64,000 bases of DNA from the human T2T-CHM13v2.0 reference genome, Homo sapiens (GCF_009914755.1 NC_060947.1), one strand, 5' to 3'. Counted from the first letter of the stretch, positions 28,371 through 49,002 are shown. A program made the numbers and translations. The notes: a model not told the origin generated them from the sequence alone.

Positions 28371-28433
28371 AGACCATTGAGACTAGGAAGAAACTGCATC
28401 AACTAACGAGCAAAATAACCAGCTAACATCATA

Positions 28434-32262
<3,829 letters not shown>

Positions 32263-34966
32263 ACAATGAGAACACGTGGACACAGGAAGGGGAACATCAC
32301 ACTCTGGGGACTGTTGTGGGGTGGGGGGAAGGGGGGAGGGATAGCATTGGGAGATATACCTAATGCTAGATGACAAGTTAGTGGGTGCAGCGCACCAGCA
32401 TGGCACATGTATACATATGTAACTAACCTGCACATTGTGCACATGTACCCTAAAACTTAAAGTATAATAATAAATAAAGAAATACACAAAAGAGAAGTCC
32501 CTTTGTCTCTCTATACCTTCTTAACACTATGCTTTGTTCAAAGTAGTTATCACCACCCAACATATTATATATTTGTTTCACCATGGAGCTAAAATGTAAG
32601 CTCCATAAAAGCAAGGTCTTTGATTTTTTCACTGCCATCCATAGGGTTGAGAGCCCTCCATAAATACATACAAGTTTATTAATTCATTCTACAGAAAATT
32701 AAGTCTCTAGACAAATATTCTTTATAAACTTTACTATATATTCAAATGCAGATAAAAAAGGGGATTGTGAATTTCATATCTTTAAATGGTATAAAAACTG
32801 ATGCAATGAATATTGTATTTGAGTTATACAACTTAATACATATTGGCAAAATATAAGGAAGGACATAAAGGTAATTAATACAGTATTAATACTTTTAAAT
32901 TCCATAAATTATATGCCATCAAGTTATTTATTATGACTACAAGGGTAATTCTTTAAATTATGGAGGCCTATTAACAGTAATATTAATCAACAGATGTTAT
33001 GTTAATCAACATAAAATGTTATTTTATGTGATTATTTAAAACAGCAATTGCCAAGAAGCAAACATTCGCACATTTTTAAAAACTACTACAAAATAGCCTA
33101 GACGAGTTTAGAAATGATTTGGTTTCAGTGGCAAGCACAAAGAACTCACATTCACCAAAGTTCTTTTCTAGTACTAGTCTACGTTTTATGAAAGCTTGAT
33201 TGAACTAGTGAGTTTCTCACTAAAATGACAGAAAAATATAAAGTTGAGTATGAAAAATAATCTTTTAAATATAAATTACAACCAACTTCCTAAAAATAAT
33301 GCCTGAATGGGTCGTAAAGGAACATAAAACTTGCTTGAATTAACCAGGTCTACTCTGTTATTAAAGTACAGCTCAGTTACACAGAGTTTCATAAAATAAG
33401 CTTATCTGCTCCCAACGTCACATTTGGAACTCAAGGAAACAGTTAAATTCTCAGCTACAGATTTGGCCCCCCAATTTTTTATTTCATTTTACTTTTCTTA
33501 CATACATAGGTCCTAGTCCAGAAACACTGACAAAATTGGGACAAGGCAAACACATTATTTCAGTTGCACACAAGCAAATGAAAGCAGGCTGAAAACAATC
33601 TTAGTTAAATTCCTACTTTAAAGCCAAAAAAATAAAGACTGCTATAGAAGTTTCATCTTGAAAACTCCTAAACATTATCTAATACTCCAAGCCATAGGAA
33701 GCAATGGACTATCACAGATTCCTGTAAATAGAATAAATTGCCAACAAGTGAGAAAGGTTAGGAGAAGGAAAAACAAACAAAACAAACAAAAATGTGGCAT
33801 TTTTATCCGAATTAACTAGAACATTATGAAATGTGACTTGCAGGTGGCAGCAAATAGCAATTTTCATAGCCATTAGTAGTTGCTCAAATCACCCAAAAAC
33901 AAGTATTTTGCATTCTTATGATACTATGTATACCTCACAATTATACTTAAAATATGAAGAGGCCTGCTATGAAAGATGTATAATTTCTGACAGATTTGCT
34001 GAATACAATCAAAACTATTTCACACTTTTTTGCATAAGTCTCTGAAATTATAATTTGCAAAATGTTGGCAAGATAAATCCTTTGTGGCACAAAAGGTTTA
34101 TGATTTATACATTTAGCTCATGATTACCACTCATTATCCAAATCATGAGTTACATGCCTCACTCTAAGCACAGGAAAGTTATGAGAACCTAGTGGGTCCT
34201 AGGATTTTATTCTGCCTTCTAACAAAGTGGGATACAGTTTGACTTCCCCCATTGTTGCTTCTACACAATTAAATATGCAATGGAAAATTATTCAAGTCAC
34301 ATTCTAATCCATTAATATATTCAGAGGATGAATAAGAGTAACTACAGTGCACCTCTGATGATTAGCCTTTTGGTTGAAATACTATATATTTCTTGAAATA
34401 CTATATTTAAAGAAAATACTATATTTGAAATGCTATACTTAAATACCTAAAGAAAATACTATATATTTTTAGAAATACTATATTGAGAGCAAATCAGGCT
34501 TTGTATCAAAAAAGGTTCTGGGAGCCTGGTTCATTAATATAAAAGTGTGTTATATCAATAATATTGTAACAAAACCACCTTGAAGAAGGAAATATTATGT
34601 CACACTATTTTTGTAAGTATAAAATACATGTCACACTGTTTTTATAGGTATAAAATAAATAAGCTTTTTCAATCTGATTATGTTAACAGGCCATTGTTAT
34701 TTAAAACTTCACAGTGTCTAGAATTCAGAAAATTATTCTTGGGGAGAAATTAGTTTTCAGGTAGAAAAACTATTACTATAAACTATATTTTTAAACCAAA
34801 ATGTAACCTAAGTAGTTAACATTTTTAATAAATAGAAATAATAGGAGCCCAGTTAGAGAAATAGGTATATTCATATATCTCTGATAGGAATATAAGCCGG
34901 TTCAGTTTTCCTGGGGAGAGGCAGCAATTTGGCAATGAGGAAAAAAGTCTTTAAAATATATATTCT

Positions 34967-35770
34967 TATGCAGCCAAAAGACACATGAAAAAATGCTCAT
35001 CATCACTGGCCATCAGAGAAATGCAAATCAAAACTACAATGAGATACCATCTCACACCAGTTAGAATGGCAATCATTAAAAAGTCAGGGAACAACAGGTG
35101 CTGGAGAGGATGTGGAGAAATAGGAACACTTTTACACTGTTGGTGGGATTGTAAACTAGTTCAACCATTGTGGAAGTCCAGTGTGGCGATTCCTCAGGGA
35201 TCTAGAACTAGAAGTACCATTTGACCCAGCCATCCCATTACTGGGTATATACTCAAAGGACTATAAATCATGCTGCTATAAAGACACATGCACACGTATG
35301 TTTATTGCGGCACTATTCACAACAGCAAAGACTTGGAACCAGCCCAAATGTCCAACAATGATAGACTGGATTAAGAAAATGTGGCACATATACACCATGG
35401 AATACTATGCAGCCATAAAAAATGATGAGTTCATGTCCTTTGTAGGGACATGGATGAAATTGGAAATCATCATTCTCAGTAAACTATCGCAAGGACAAAA
35501 AACCAAACACCGCATGTTCTCACTTATAGATGGGAATTGAACAATGAGAACACATGGACACAGGAAGGGGAACATCACACTCTGGGGACTGTTGTGGGGT
35601 GGGCGGAAGGGGGAGGGATAGCATTAGGAGATATACCTAATGCTAAATGACGAGTTAATGGGTGCAGCACACCAGCATGGCACATGTATACATATGTAAC
35701 TAACCTGCACATTGTGCACATGTACCCTAAAACTTAAAGTATAATAATAATTTTTAAAAAAATTTATTTG
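34967..35770 (+). mobile_element. 5'-truncated L1PA (PA4-like) 3' end, inserted in an older L1M fragment
   Basis: ORF2 C-terminus plus 3' UTR; flanking ATATATATTCT TSD-like repeat. Confidence 0.92.
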
Positions 35771-36949
35771 AAAAAATATATATATATATATTCTCTTTGA
35801 CTCAGAAATTCTGTTTCTAGGAATTCACACTAAGAAAATAATCACATAAGAAAATAATGGAGTATACAAGATTCGTGTTATATTTGTTTACAGTGATGGG
35901 GAAGAAGGTGAAATTCACCTAAAAATCTAATAGGGACTTAAATGGCTATTTATGCACTGGGACTATTTAGTATTTAAAATGATACCGTAATTTTCTATTT
36001 ACTGACACAGAAAAACTTCGATTATGTTGACAGCTTAAGTATATATACCAAAATGTAATCTTGCCACCCAAAGATAAACTACTCTCAAGTGATTTTTACT
36101 TCCTTCTTTGTAATATTCTGTTGTCCAATATTTTATAATGAATATAGATAACCTATAATCAGAAAAATGATATTTTTATTTGTAAGAGAAAAACAATGGG
36201 TTGAAATTAGGTTAACAGCTTCCAACAAAACACGAAGAGTATATAGTTTTTCTCTGTTCTGCCTAAAAAAGAATTTAAATTGTTTAGAATAATTTAAAAA
36301 TGAAAAAGGTATTAACCACAAGGCAAAAAGTGAAACAAGAGAAAATGGGCACTGAATGAGAAAGTGCAACAAAATCTTAGAAGACAAAAAGCAAAGGAAT
36401 TTGTGGTAATTAACTTAGGGCTGAGGAAGCCAAAGCAACTACCAACAAAAGAGGTTGCCAACAAGCAGCAAACTGCCCTCATAGTAGAGCCCGGGCAAGT
36501 GCCCACTAAGCCTGTGCCTCTGAAGATAAGAGATGAGGGGTAAAGCTGGAAAGAGCAGCACTGGTCTCCAGCCTGTTTAGAGAAAAGTTCTCCCGCACCC
36601 TATGCTGCTCTTCTCAAAGCCATTTGTAGGCAGGTCTACTTTTTGGAAAAACTGAAGCAGAGACTCGGGACTCATGGACATTAGGTACAACAGAAGGAGG
36701 GAGTAAGGCTGAAAAGAGAAGGATTCAGTGAGGGTGAGACCCACTGCTCTCCCATCCCCCTCAATAACTCCTTTACCTCTTTTGGCTACCAGAATTCTGG
36801 CAGTCAGGCTAATATTGCCCGGGCAAAAGACTGGAGAAATCTCCTTTGGAGAAACAGAATGACTTAAGAGAAAAAGACACTAACGTTGGAATGCCTTTTC
36901 AGTGAAGCCCAGTAAGCTTTCCAAACAGTTTTTTAGTACCTGGTTCCTG

Positions 36950-38530
36950 AATATGGACATACAAGGATCAGCAGACACTTGGGACTCAATGACCAAGGCA
37001 AGCATAAAGTGCAACTTGGAGGTAAAAGAGACAATAACAGGAGAAGAAAACTACATAAAAAGGATTCCTTTTAATATCCTCAGAGGAATAAGAGACAATG
37101 CATTGACTGCATCCATGAAAGAGCAACAGGGTGCTATTAAAAGGAACACTGAGAGGACAGGAACAAGCTCTTGAAAATTAAAATTCTGATAGTGGAAATT
37201 GGAAATTCAGTAGACAGAAGAGATGATAAAGTTGAGAGACTCTGCCAGAATATAAAACAAAAAGAGAAATAGAAAATTTTAAAAAGGATAATAAAATTAG
37301 AGGATGAAAGCTGGAAGTCCAACAGCCATATAAAAGTAGTCTCAGAAACAGACACACAGGGTGGGGGGAATTATGGGGAAAAAAACAAATGAACAAACAA
37401 AAGATAAATTAACATTTCCCAGAACTGAAGGGCAGAGATCTCCATATGGAAAGGGCCCACAGCAAGTATGCACAATGATAAATGATCAAAGACCCACACT
37501 AAGATACATCATTATGAACTATCAAAACACCAGAAATTAACATAATGACTCTGAAAGCTAGGAGAGATAAAATAGATCATACACAAAGGAATGGGAATCA
37601 GGATGCAACACTGGAGCTGGAAGACAACAAAGCCAAGTCTGCAAAGTATTCAGGAAAAATGATTTAGAATTTATCACTCTAAAATATGCCAAGACACATC
37701 TCAAGGGTGAGGACAGAATAAAAACATATTCAGACACGCAAGCACAGTCTCAAAAATTTACCTCCCATGCACCTTTCTCAGGAAGCTGCTGAAGGATGTG
37801 CTCTACCCAAACCGGCGAGTAAACCAGGAAAGAGACAGATATGAGATCCAGGAAACAGGATCCAACATAGGAGAGAAGCAAAGGAAATTCCCAGGATGAT
37901 AGTAAAGGGAAGCCTTTGGAAGCAAATAGTCTAAATTTCAGCATGAGGATAAAGGGCTCTAAGAAGTATGTCTCCGAGAACAAAAATACAGACATGCTAT
38001 CCTTTCCTGTATTAGGGAGAATTTTTACAATTTTAACAGAGTTTAGTGGAAGAGTTAAGAATAGTATACAAAAAACTAATGAAGAGAGGAAATTTTAAGA
38101 TCCAGGGAAACACAAAAAATTGTCCAAGAAAGGAAATATAATCATAAAACACTATGTAGTTCAGCTGTGAATATTTTCATAATCATAACGGAAACCTGGG
38201 TGTAAAATGCAAATTGTACTATCTATTGGAAAAGAAAAAGTGTGGTAGGGAAGGCAAGGAGAATGGTCATAAGAAAGGTAAATCATCTTCTATGGTTAGA
38301 GGTCCATAAAAGTCCATAACATCGCAAATGAAAAATTCAAGAAGGAGCAACATAACCATTTTCTTTAGAAAAATGGAGACGAATGCCAGAAACTTTAAAA
38401 AAACAACTAAAGTTGAAGACAGATGAGACTTGGGGAAAAGAGGGATACAATATGGGCTGCTTTTTGTTGCAAGTCCTTAATACTGACATTTTTTAAACTA
38501 TATATACTTGTTATACTGATAAAACTGAAA
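36950..38530 (+). mobile_element. HAL1 / ancient L1 ORF1-like fossil; a related fragment lies at ~20420-21200
   Basis: Degenerate ORF1-like motifs and AAATTTACCTCCCATGCACCTTTCTCAGGAAGCT...GGATGTGCTC; boundaries approximate. Confidence 0.6.
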
Positions 38531-38619
38531 CTTAAAAAAAGGTTATAAAATCAGCCACCCACATGGAATCCCTCGTTGGGAAAAAAGAAAAAAAAAAAGC
38601 CTACTATTGAACTTGAGCA

Positions 38620-40745
38620 TTAATTTTTAATCTCTTTAATTTTCCAATCAATGTTCCAATAAGCTTTGTCAGTCCTTTCTGCTAATGTAAAACTGTTGAT
38701 TACTCTCTTTCCTGAAACTCTCTTAGCAGTGGTCTGCATGGGCATTGCTCTCCTGGCATCTTGCCAATCATGCTTCCCACACACATCTCTTTCTTCATCC
38801 ATTCCTTATATGCTGGTGTTATCCAGAGACCCATCCACAGCCTCCTGTTCTCCCTTTACAATCTCACCCAAGGTTGGCCCATCTACTTTCGTGGTTTCAA
38901 TTATCCCCGAGTCTATAGCAGAGTCCAGGCCTCTCCCAATAAGATTTGGACTACACACAACCGCCTGCTGGACATTTTAACTTTGATTATCCAAAACGTG
39001 TTTTTTATTTTTATTTTTTTATACTTTAAGTTCTAGGGTACATGTGCACAACATGCAGGTTTGTTACATATGTATACATGTGCCATGTTGGTGTGCTGCA
39101 CCCATTAATCCTCATCATTTAACATTAGGTATATCTCCTAATGCTATCCCTCCCCCGTCCCCCCACCCCACAACAGGCCCCAGTGTGTGATGTTCCCCTT
39201 CCTGTGTCCAAGTGTTCTCGTTGTTCAATTCCCACCTATGAGTGAGAATATGCGGTGTTTGGTTTTTTGTCCTTGCGATAGTTTGCTGAGAATGATGGTT
39301 TCCAGCTTCATCCATGTCCCTACAAAGGACATGAACTCATCCTTTTTTATGGCTGCATAGTATTCCATGGTGTATATGTGCCACATTTTCTTAATCCAGT
39401 CTATTATTGATGGATATCTGGGTTGGTTCCAAGTCTTTGCTCTTGTGAATAGTGCTGCAATAAACATATGTGTGCATGTGTCTTTACAGCAGCATTATTT
39501 ATAATCCTTTGGGTATATACCCAGTAATGGGATGGCTGGGTCAAATGGTATTTCTAGTTCTAGATCCTTGAGGAATCACCACAGTGTCTTCCACAATGGT
39601 CGAACTAGTTTACAGTCCCACCAACAGTGTAAAAGTGTTCCTATTTCTCCATATCCTCTCCAGCACCTGTTGTTCCCTGACTTTTTAATGATTGCCATTC
39701 TAACTGGTGTGAGATGGCATCTCATTGTGGTTTTGATTTGCATTTCTCTGATGGCCAGTGATGATGAGCATTTTTTCATGTGTCTGTTGGCTGCATAAAT
39801 GTCTTCTTTTGAGAAGTGTCTGTTCATATTCTTTGCCCACTTTTTGATGGGGTTGTCAAAACGTGTTTCAAACTACATGTATCCCATACTGACCTCATCA
39901 TCTTCTTGTATATGCCAGCTCTTCCTCTTGTATTTTCTAGCTCAATCAGTAGTAGTATTTACCTTGTCGCTTCAGCTACAAATCTGGGGGCTATCCTAGA
40001 CTCCTCTTTTCCCTTATCTATGTTATCCAATTAATCACTGAAGTGTGCCAATTTTGCTTCATAAACATTTCCTGATTCCCTGCTTCACGCCCTCATTACT
40101 CACCACCCCCCAGTCTAGGTATCTCCTACAGTCCTCTTCAACTGGCCTTCTGCCTCAGTCCAGTCCCCCTCAAATTCATCTGCAGCATGGCCTCCAGAGT
40201 GACTGCATCTCTCCAAAATGCAAACCTGACCACATCACTAACCTAGTAAAACCTGCCAATGGCTCCTCACTGTCTACAGGATTACATCCAAATTTCTGAA
40301 CAAGCATAGAAGGTACTACACAACTTGGCCTCTGCTAACCTCTACAGCCTTACCTCATACTTTGCACTGTACCGGTAACACCAGACTCCCTTGTAGTTCC
40401 CTGCACACATCATCCTTTTCATACCTATTTGCCTTTCTCATGTTGCTTCTTGGCCTAGAATGCCCAACCTAGTTAACTTCTAATTAACCCTTAAGGATGA
40501 GCTGAAGTGACATCTCTTCCATGTCCTCCCAAGTAGGTTAGGTACCCTCATCTGTGGTACCATGATTCTCTGTTCATCTCTCTATTGCTGTTAAGATTGT
40601 TGTCTCTCTCATGTGCCCCTCTCACCTGATAATGAACTACATGAGAGCAAGAAATGAGTCTTACTACTTTCTGTATTCCTAGTGTGTAACACAATTCCTG
40701 GCATATACTATATAAGCAGATTTTCTCCAATTGGTTATTAATGTA
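38620..40745 (+). mobile_element. L2 fossil interrupted by L1PA; other L2 pieces at ~9200-9950, 11430-11550, 12750-12860, 15875-16000, 26340-26445/32498-32690 and 47830-48960
   Basis: Pyrimidine-rich L2 3'-region motifs and (TGAA)n/(TTCA)n tails; boundaries approximate. Confidence 0.65.
39004..39856 (-). mobile_element. 5'-truncated L1PA (PA5-like) 3' end, inserted in L2
   Basis: ORF2 C-terminus on the minus strand; TSD CAAAACGTGTTT at 38992-39003 and 39857-39868. Confidence 0.93.
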
Positions 40746-41138
40746 CCATCTGAAGATAGTCCATTTACAGAGCCACAGTATACACACAAAGCATAATCAT
40801 GGTTATAACACTATTTACTAAACTTAGAGTTACTAATTTCTGCTTTACAGACACAAAGTAGATTTATATAACAGATCTACCCAAAGATGGACCATTCCAA
40901 ACACAGGCTAGATGACCACTTTGGGAAAGATGTTGAAACATGCAATAAAGAACTACATAGGTTATTCTACTATATGACATTGAAGGATCCTTCCAACATG
41001 GAAATCCATTATACATATTTAAGAAATAGGTTTCTTAAAATCCTGTATTTTATTATTAAAGCAAACATATTGAAGAGCCTAATGCAAAAGACATCATTAG
41101 ATGACTTTTAGGGACTATACCAGTCTAGCAATTTCTTA

Positions 41139-41357
<219 letters not shown>

Positions 41358-41446
41358 CTAGTCAATGACATAGTACAGTACAGATAATTCCAAATATATA
41401 TTTCTCTTATTTATTAAAGTTTCATTAGGAAATGATAAAACCCATA

Positions 41447-42905
41447 GTACCAGCATAAAGAAGGACATATAGACCAATGGAATAGAGAAACTAGAAGTAA
41501 ACCCTTGTATCTATGGAGAAACGATCTTTGACAAGGGTGTTAAGACCACTCAATGAGGAAAGGACAGTCTCGTCAACAAATGGTACTAGGAAAACTGGAT
41601 ATCCACATGCAATGAATGAAGGTGGACCTTCACCTTACAACATATACAAAAATTAGCTCAAAATGGATCAAAAATCTAAACATCGAAGAGCTATTAAGTC
41701 GGTGCAAAAGTAATTGACATTAATGGCAAAAACCAAAATTACTTTTGCACCAATCTGATAAAACTATAAAACTGCTAGAAAAAAAAAAACAGAAGAAACA
41801 CTTTATGAGAATAGATTTGGCAATATTTCTTGGGTGTGACACCAAAAGCAAAGGCAACAAAAGCAAAAAACAGATAACTGGGACTACAACAAAATTAAAA
41901 ACTTGTGTGTATCAAAAGACTCAATCAGCAGAGTAAAAAGGCAATCTATGGAATAGAAAAAAAAAATTTGCAAATCATATATCTGATAAGGGGTTAATAA
42001 ACAGAATATATAATTTCCACAACTCAGTAACAAAAAACCAAATAGCTCAATTAAATAATGAACAAAGAACTTGAATAGACATTTCTCCAGCGATAATATA
42101 TGAATGGCCAACAATCATAGGAAAAGGTGCTCAGTGGCACTAATCATTAGGAAAATACAAATCAAAACTAAAACAAAATATCCCCTCACATCCATGAGGA
42201 TGACTACTATATAAAACAAACAAGTGCTAGTGAAGAAGTGGAGGAACTAGAATGTTTGTGTACTGTTGTAGGAAATGTAAAAATGGTGCTGTTGCTATGG
42301 AAAACAGTATTGCAGTTCCTTAAAAAATTAAAAATAGAACTGTCATATGATCCAGCAATTCTAAATCTAGGTATCTATCCACATAATTGAAAGCAGGATC
42401 TCAAAGAGATATTTGCATACGCATTTTCCTAGGAGCATTATTCACAACAACCAAGAGGGGGAGGCAACCAAAATGTGCACTGACAATGAATATATAAACA
42501 AAATACATTATATGGATACAATGGAATATTGTTAAGCCTTCAAAATGAAGGAAATTCTGACATATGCTACAACATGGATAATCCTTGAGGACATTATACT
42601 AAGGGAATTAAGCCAATCACAAAAAGGCAAAAACTGTATAATTCTACTTGTGTGAGATTTCTAGAGAAGTCAAATTCATAGAAACAGAAAGTAGAATGGT
42701 GGTTCCCAGGGGAAGGAGGGAGGAGGAATAGGAGTTGCTGTTTAATGGGTATAGAGTTTCCATTTTGCAAGAAAAAAAGGTCTGGAGATTGGCTGCACAC
42801 CAATGTAAATATACACAACACTACTGAACTGTACATTTAGAAATGGTTAAGATGGTAAATCTTACGTTATATGCTTTTTACCACAATTACAATTTTTAAA
42901 AAAGA
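41447..42905 (+). mobile_element. Old L1 (L1MA/MB-type) 3' fragment containing a MADE1 insertion
   Basis: Degenerate ORF2 end and L1M 3' UTR; TSD ATAAAACCCATA at 41435-41446 and 42906-42917. Confidence 0.85.
41692..41760. mobile_element. MADE1 MITE, internally deleted, inside old L1
   Basis: GGTGCAAAAGTAATT ... AATTACTTTTGCACC inverted arms. Confidence 0.82.
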
Positions 42906-43319
42906 ATAAAACCCATAAAAATAAGACATATCAACATATAAAGAAAATGGCTCAATCTCTTAGGCTTTTGATTTAGAAAAACTTGGGTTCAAAATTCATC
43001 TCAACATGTAGTAGTTGTGTTACATTTTTGGGAAAATTACTTATACTAAGTCTCAGTTGTCATGGATGTTAAATGAAATAACTTGTTGCATAGCTAAGTA
43101 TTTAGCAAGATGCAGGTGTCCAATAAATAGTTAACACGTCTGAGTTATCTAAAATGATCTTTAAGCTGTTGAATTCACTAACTTACATAAATGTACAATT
43201 CCCCAGATCTGATGAAAATTCTAAGAGAAGACTATGTTACCCTTATGATAATATGTAATCACATTATTTTCTAAATATCTTTTGACTTATGAAACAAAAA
43301 ATACAACTTTGGAAAGTTA

Positions 43320-43469
<150 letters not shown>

Positions 43470-43552
43470 CTAAGGTATATGCAATTCTGACTGTCTTCTT
43501 TGAATATCATTGCCTTAATCGTTATTTACAAAACTACTTCTTCTAAAATTAT

Positions 43553-43614
43553 TATTAGGTTGGTGCAAAAGTAATTGTGGTTTTTGCCATTACTTTTAAA
43601 ATGGCAAAAACTGC
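43553..43614. mobile_element. MADE1 (Hsmar1 MITE), right arm truncated
   Basis: TTAGGTTGGTGCAAAAGTAATTG...GCCATTACTTTT...ATGGCAAAAAC. Confidence 0.85.
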
Positions 43615-44824
43615 ATATATATAATGTTGCCCATACACACCAGTTAAAAATAAAATGCCTACTTAAGTAAGTATTGGCTAAAAGTTACACCTTAAACCCA
43701 AAGCTTTAGCATCTTATTATAATCTTAAATATTATAATCAATTTAATAGAGGGAACTAGGACTTTGGAACATTCTATCTGAATGGTAACTCTGCCTGGTA
43801 CTAGCTAAGTGATCCTCGGCATGTCAGTTAACCTTCTAATCCTCAAGTTTTATCAGGATAATGATGCCTACCTCATACAGACATATCCCACAATGTCTGG
43901 CATATAGAACACATTTAACACATGTTAATTCTCCTTTTCCACTTTTGACATTATCTTGTTAAAATGACAGTTCTCTAAGAAAGTGCTAGCACAGGATGGC
44001 ACAGCTTGAATAATCATCACATGGCCTTGGAATGAGTATGAGTGCTGATTTGCCTACCCGTAGCCTGGGAACCCACTCTACAGAAATAACCTTTGATTCC
44101 AGTGCAATTAAGGAACAAGGGGGAAAAAAGCTTATTGTTTCTCAACTGAACCATGGTTCCTGGTTCAAATTTCTAGATGAAGAACCAATTTTCCCAGGAA
44201 ATCTCTAACTATATTCAGGTCAGATATCGTGAGGTCCAGCGATGGATTGAAATCAGTCACTACATATAGGTGAGGAAACTCTATGTCTTAAAAAAGACCT
44301 GACTGGGATCTTGCTGAGGGGTTCTCATCAGCAAGTTTTAACTTTTGCCTCATCCAAGTGAATAGCACAAGGGCCCATTTTGGAGTCATTTTTTGAACAT
44401 AAAGGTCCACTTCAGTAGACTCAATGAGGACAATGCCAAAGTAACTGACATTCTCAGAACTGACTAGTGCTAAGGATTGATATTAATTTTCTAAGGTTCA
44501 GGCCTCGTTAGACACATATAAATAGCCAACAGTAAAAAAAAATATATGTGCCCATGCTGCCCCTTGGGTGGAGAGGTGAAGAGTGAGGAAGGCCTAGCAT
44601 AGAGTATGTTATAGGAAACAGTTATATAAAATCACATGTGGTTGACCAAGAAAGACGTCCTCTGAGCTCTTTTTGTTTTCTCATTACCTGTTTGCTATTT
44701 CCCTGCCCATTCTCTCTACACTCAATGCTGCTGTTGCTAGTGCTGCTAGTACTTACGCTAAGGTTCAGGCTCTGTTTAGAATATTTTACATATATCAACT
44801 CATTTAATCTTAACGACAGCCCTA

Positions 44825-45199
<375 letters not shown>

Positions 45200-47114
45200 T
45201 CATAAAAGTAAATTAGTTATTGTTCTACAACAAATTTCATTAATTCTTAAAGCTTATACGTATGTTAGTATTTTTCTGCTGATCAGATTTTATATCACTT
45301 TATGAGAGAACATTAGTTTATATTTACTAAAATTTACATGAGGATACTGGGTGACTGTGATTTTAAGAACACCAAGAAAGGCTCAATGATAATCACCACC
45401 AACAATCACCCATCTCAAACCTTCCCATACCATAACATTTCACACTTAGAACACCATTAGAGCTTAGTGTTCACAGAGTTCTGTTAAGATAAAATCACCC
45501 CCAGGAAGAGTAACACTTGAAGCTGTTATAAGTAAATTACTGACATACTGATATCAATGCATTTCAAATTTTTTCTAAGGAGGTTTTAACCAAAAAGAAC
45601 ATGCAGTAAGTACCCAAAAATGGTAGCATCATAAAGTGAGAGGGAAAGGGGGGACTATGGGAAACAGGAAGAAAATTGTATTAATTTTGCCTGTGGCCAG
45701 TCATGACTTTAGAAGTTCAAACACTAAACTAATTGATAATAAATACTAATATATTTCATCACTACTCATTACCTCTGTATTACTGAAGGAAGCTTACTTT
45801 AAGGAAAATATACAAAAATCTAAATTTGCAAAATAAGATATAGACTAGATTTTGTGTCATAAAAGGATTAAAATCAGGGTTCCTTTCAGCTGTTAGCTGC
45901 TCTGATAAACTTAAAACTATTCAATATTTCAACATGATAAAACCCATTGTATGTTAAAAAAAAACTGAGATCATTCATACAGTATAAAGCCAAAGAGTCT
46001 TCACAGCAAGGAAAACTCCAAATACATGTTCAACAAGGGACCTACTCCCCAAAACTGACATTAAGGCCCAGTACCAGGAAATCAGAAAATAAAAATTATA
46101 GTAAAACTTGGTAAGGAGATTTTTGCCTTTAAACATTTCTCTGATTCCACTGCCTAACAATTAAAAACTTACCTAATAAAATAATTCTGATGTTGATGTC
46201 CAAAACACATACACACAAACTATTTTCTTCAGATTTTCATGGTAAAATTGGAATGCCATTACCATGGAAAAAGGGAAGACTAAGTCCCAAGGTGTAAAAC
46301 TCTTGGGAATGCAACTGGCTTTTTAAAATGTGTTTTTAAAAAAGAAATAGTCATTTGCTCATAAAGCACTGACAATAACACACATAATAAAAAATGCTTT
46401 AGAAACTTAAAGTTTATGTTAGATAAAAACGTATTCATTTTCTCAGGGTTTGGACAACCTAAGGGTTGCATCCTACACGGTAACTTGTACTTTAAATTTT
46501 TAGTCCGTGTTCCATCCTAAGGTAAATATTCTCTTTTAAAATCTTAAGCATTTTAATTACTCTTCCTTTATCTGACATGGCTAGGCTGTTAATTATTTGT
46601 TTTATTTAACAATCTACTTTATTGTAGTTACTGTGTATATTTAGTATCTTTCATTAAGAAGACTGGTTGATATTTGCCTTCAGCTAATTTATAGAAAGGA
46701 TGATCATCAATGTCTCTAGTTTTCTTCTAAGTGGCTTGTCTGTGCAGGTACATATAAAAATTCAACTATACAAATAGCTGGACAGTTGAGTCTCAACTAT
46801 GAAAATCTTTTCTGGGATCAAGATCTAAGAAGTTGGTGTGTGTATGAGTGCAACCCATCATTCTATCCCCTAAAAATCTGGGGTTTCTCAGCCCAAACAT
46901 TCTCACTAGTAAAGTCAAGTTTCAAGGATCCTCACCTTCTCCAAACCCAGAAAGCTCCAGTAAGAATTTTTTTTCTCTTTACCTTCAAGTATTGTCAAGT
47001 TCAGAATCATTAATCCTAGATTCTAGAGATTTTATTTTCCTCTTGGGAACCTAAAGATATCACTGAGGAAAAAGAATGCATGGGGACAGGCAACAGCAAA
47101 ACAGCAGAGAATTA

Positions 47115-47414
<300 letters not shown>

Positions 47415-48422
47415 TCAGTATTTCAACTCCACTTCAATAGTGCAATGGATTCCATTGTTGTTACATCATTTTTGCTTTTCATGGTTATATTTTATGTAAT
47501 TAAGTACAAAATATCTGTTAAAGGAGGAGAGATGGCTCCACCGTTATCTACCTAAGCTTGTCATAAGATAGATTTTGATTGGAATTCCTGCTCTACCACT
47601 CATTGGCTATGTAACATGGACAAGTAACTTAGCCTCTCTAAGCCTCCATTTCCTCATCTATGAAATGGAGATAGTAACAAAACCTACTTCATACAGGGAT
47701 ATGCTGTGAGGATTAAATGAGATGATACATGGACAATGCTTAACACTTCTTGGCACAAGCTAAGCCTTCAAAAGATGTTAGCTGCTGTTGTCAAACATCA
47801 TCATGATGATGATATCCATTTGCAATTTGTGATTATTGCTAGCAATAAACAAATATTTATGGACAGCCCATTATGTAAACAGCACATGAGAGATAAGGAG
47901 ACCCTGCACTCAATGACCTTACAAATGAACTGGGAAGAAATGCATGTGAAACAATTCAGAGAACATTTAAACACTAAACTGCATGGGCACTGAAGGTAAG
48001 CACAATAGTAGCTTAGAGACTTAAACAATGAATGTAAAATGAAGTAGTTAGGAAAGACATTATTGAAAAGTGGGCATTAAAAGATGGTTGTGATCAATAA
48101 GCAAAAAGGACATTCCAAGAGAAGGGAAAAGAAAATACATAGAGGTGAGACCAAGAATGCCTTCATAAGAAACAGTAAGAAGACTGGTGGGTCTGGAGAG
48201 AAGAGCCAGGCATTGTGTATATGTGGGGAATAATGGAAAATGATGTTGGATAAGTACACTAGCATCAGATTAAAGATGTCAAAGCTAGGTAAAGAGGTGT
48301 TTAGATTTGATACATCAGGTATCAAGCAGTGGATGAGGTGGATGCATCTAATAGAAGGATACAGGATAAATCAGAAGTGATGTAATGTAGGCAGACACAG
48401 CTGTTACAAGGCTGTTAGGTCA

Positions 48423-48788
<366 letters not shown>

Positions 48789-49002
48789 CTAATGAAGGAA
48801 TGATCTGATGACATTTAAAGATATTTTAAAATAAACAGATGACTTCAAAGCTGATACCTGGAATGACTTTAAGGATGGTATCACCATTGACACAAACAAA
48901 TAATTTGTCAATAGAGAGACAGTTTAGAATAATGGCATTGATTTTGGACACAATGAGTTTAAAGCGAAAATAAGATTATCCAAAAAAACAATTCCTATAC
49001 CC

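Noticed and set aside
33004-33033. Small hairpin AATCAACATAAAAT/ATTTTATGTGATT
   Set aside because: Short, AT-rich and plausible by chance or slippage
34376-34482. Repeated AAATACTATAT units with variable spacers (array-like)
   Set aside because: Degenerate AT-rich slippage repeat in a eukaryotic intron; not CRISPR
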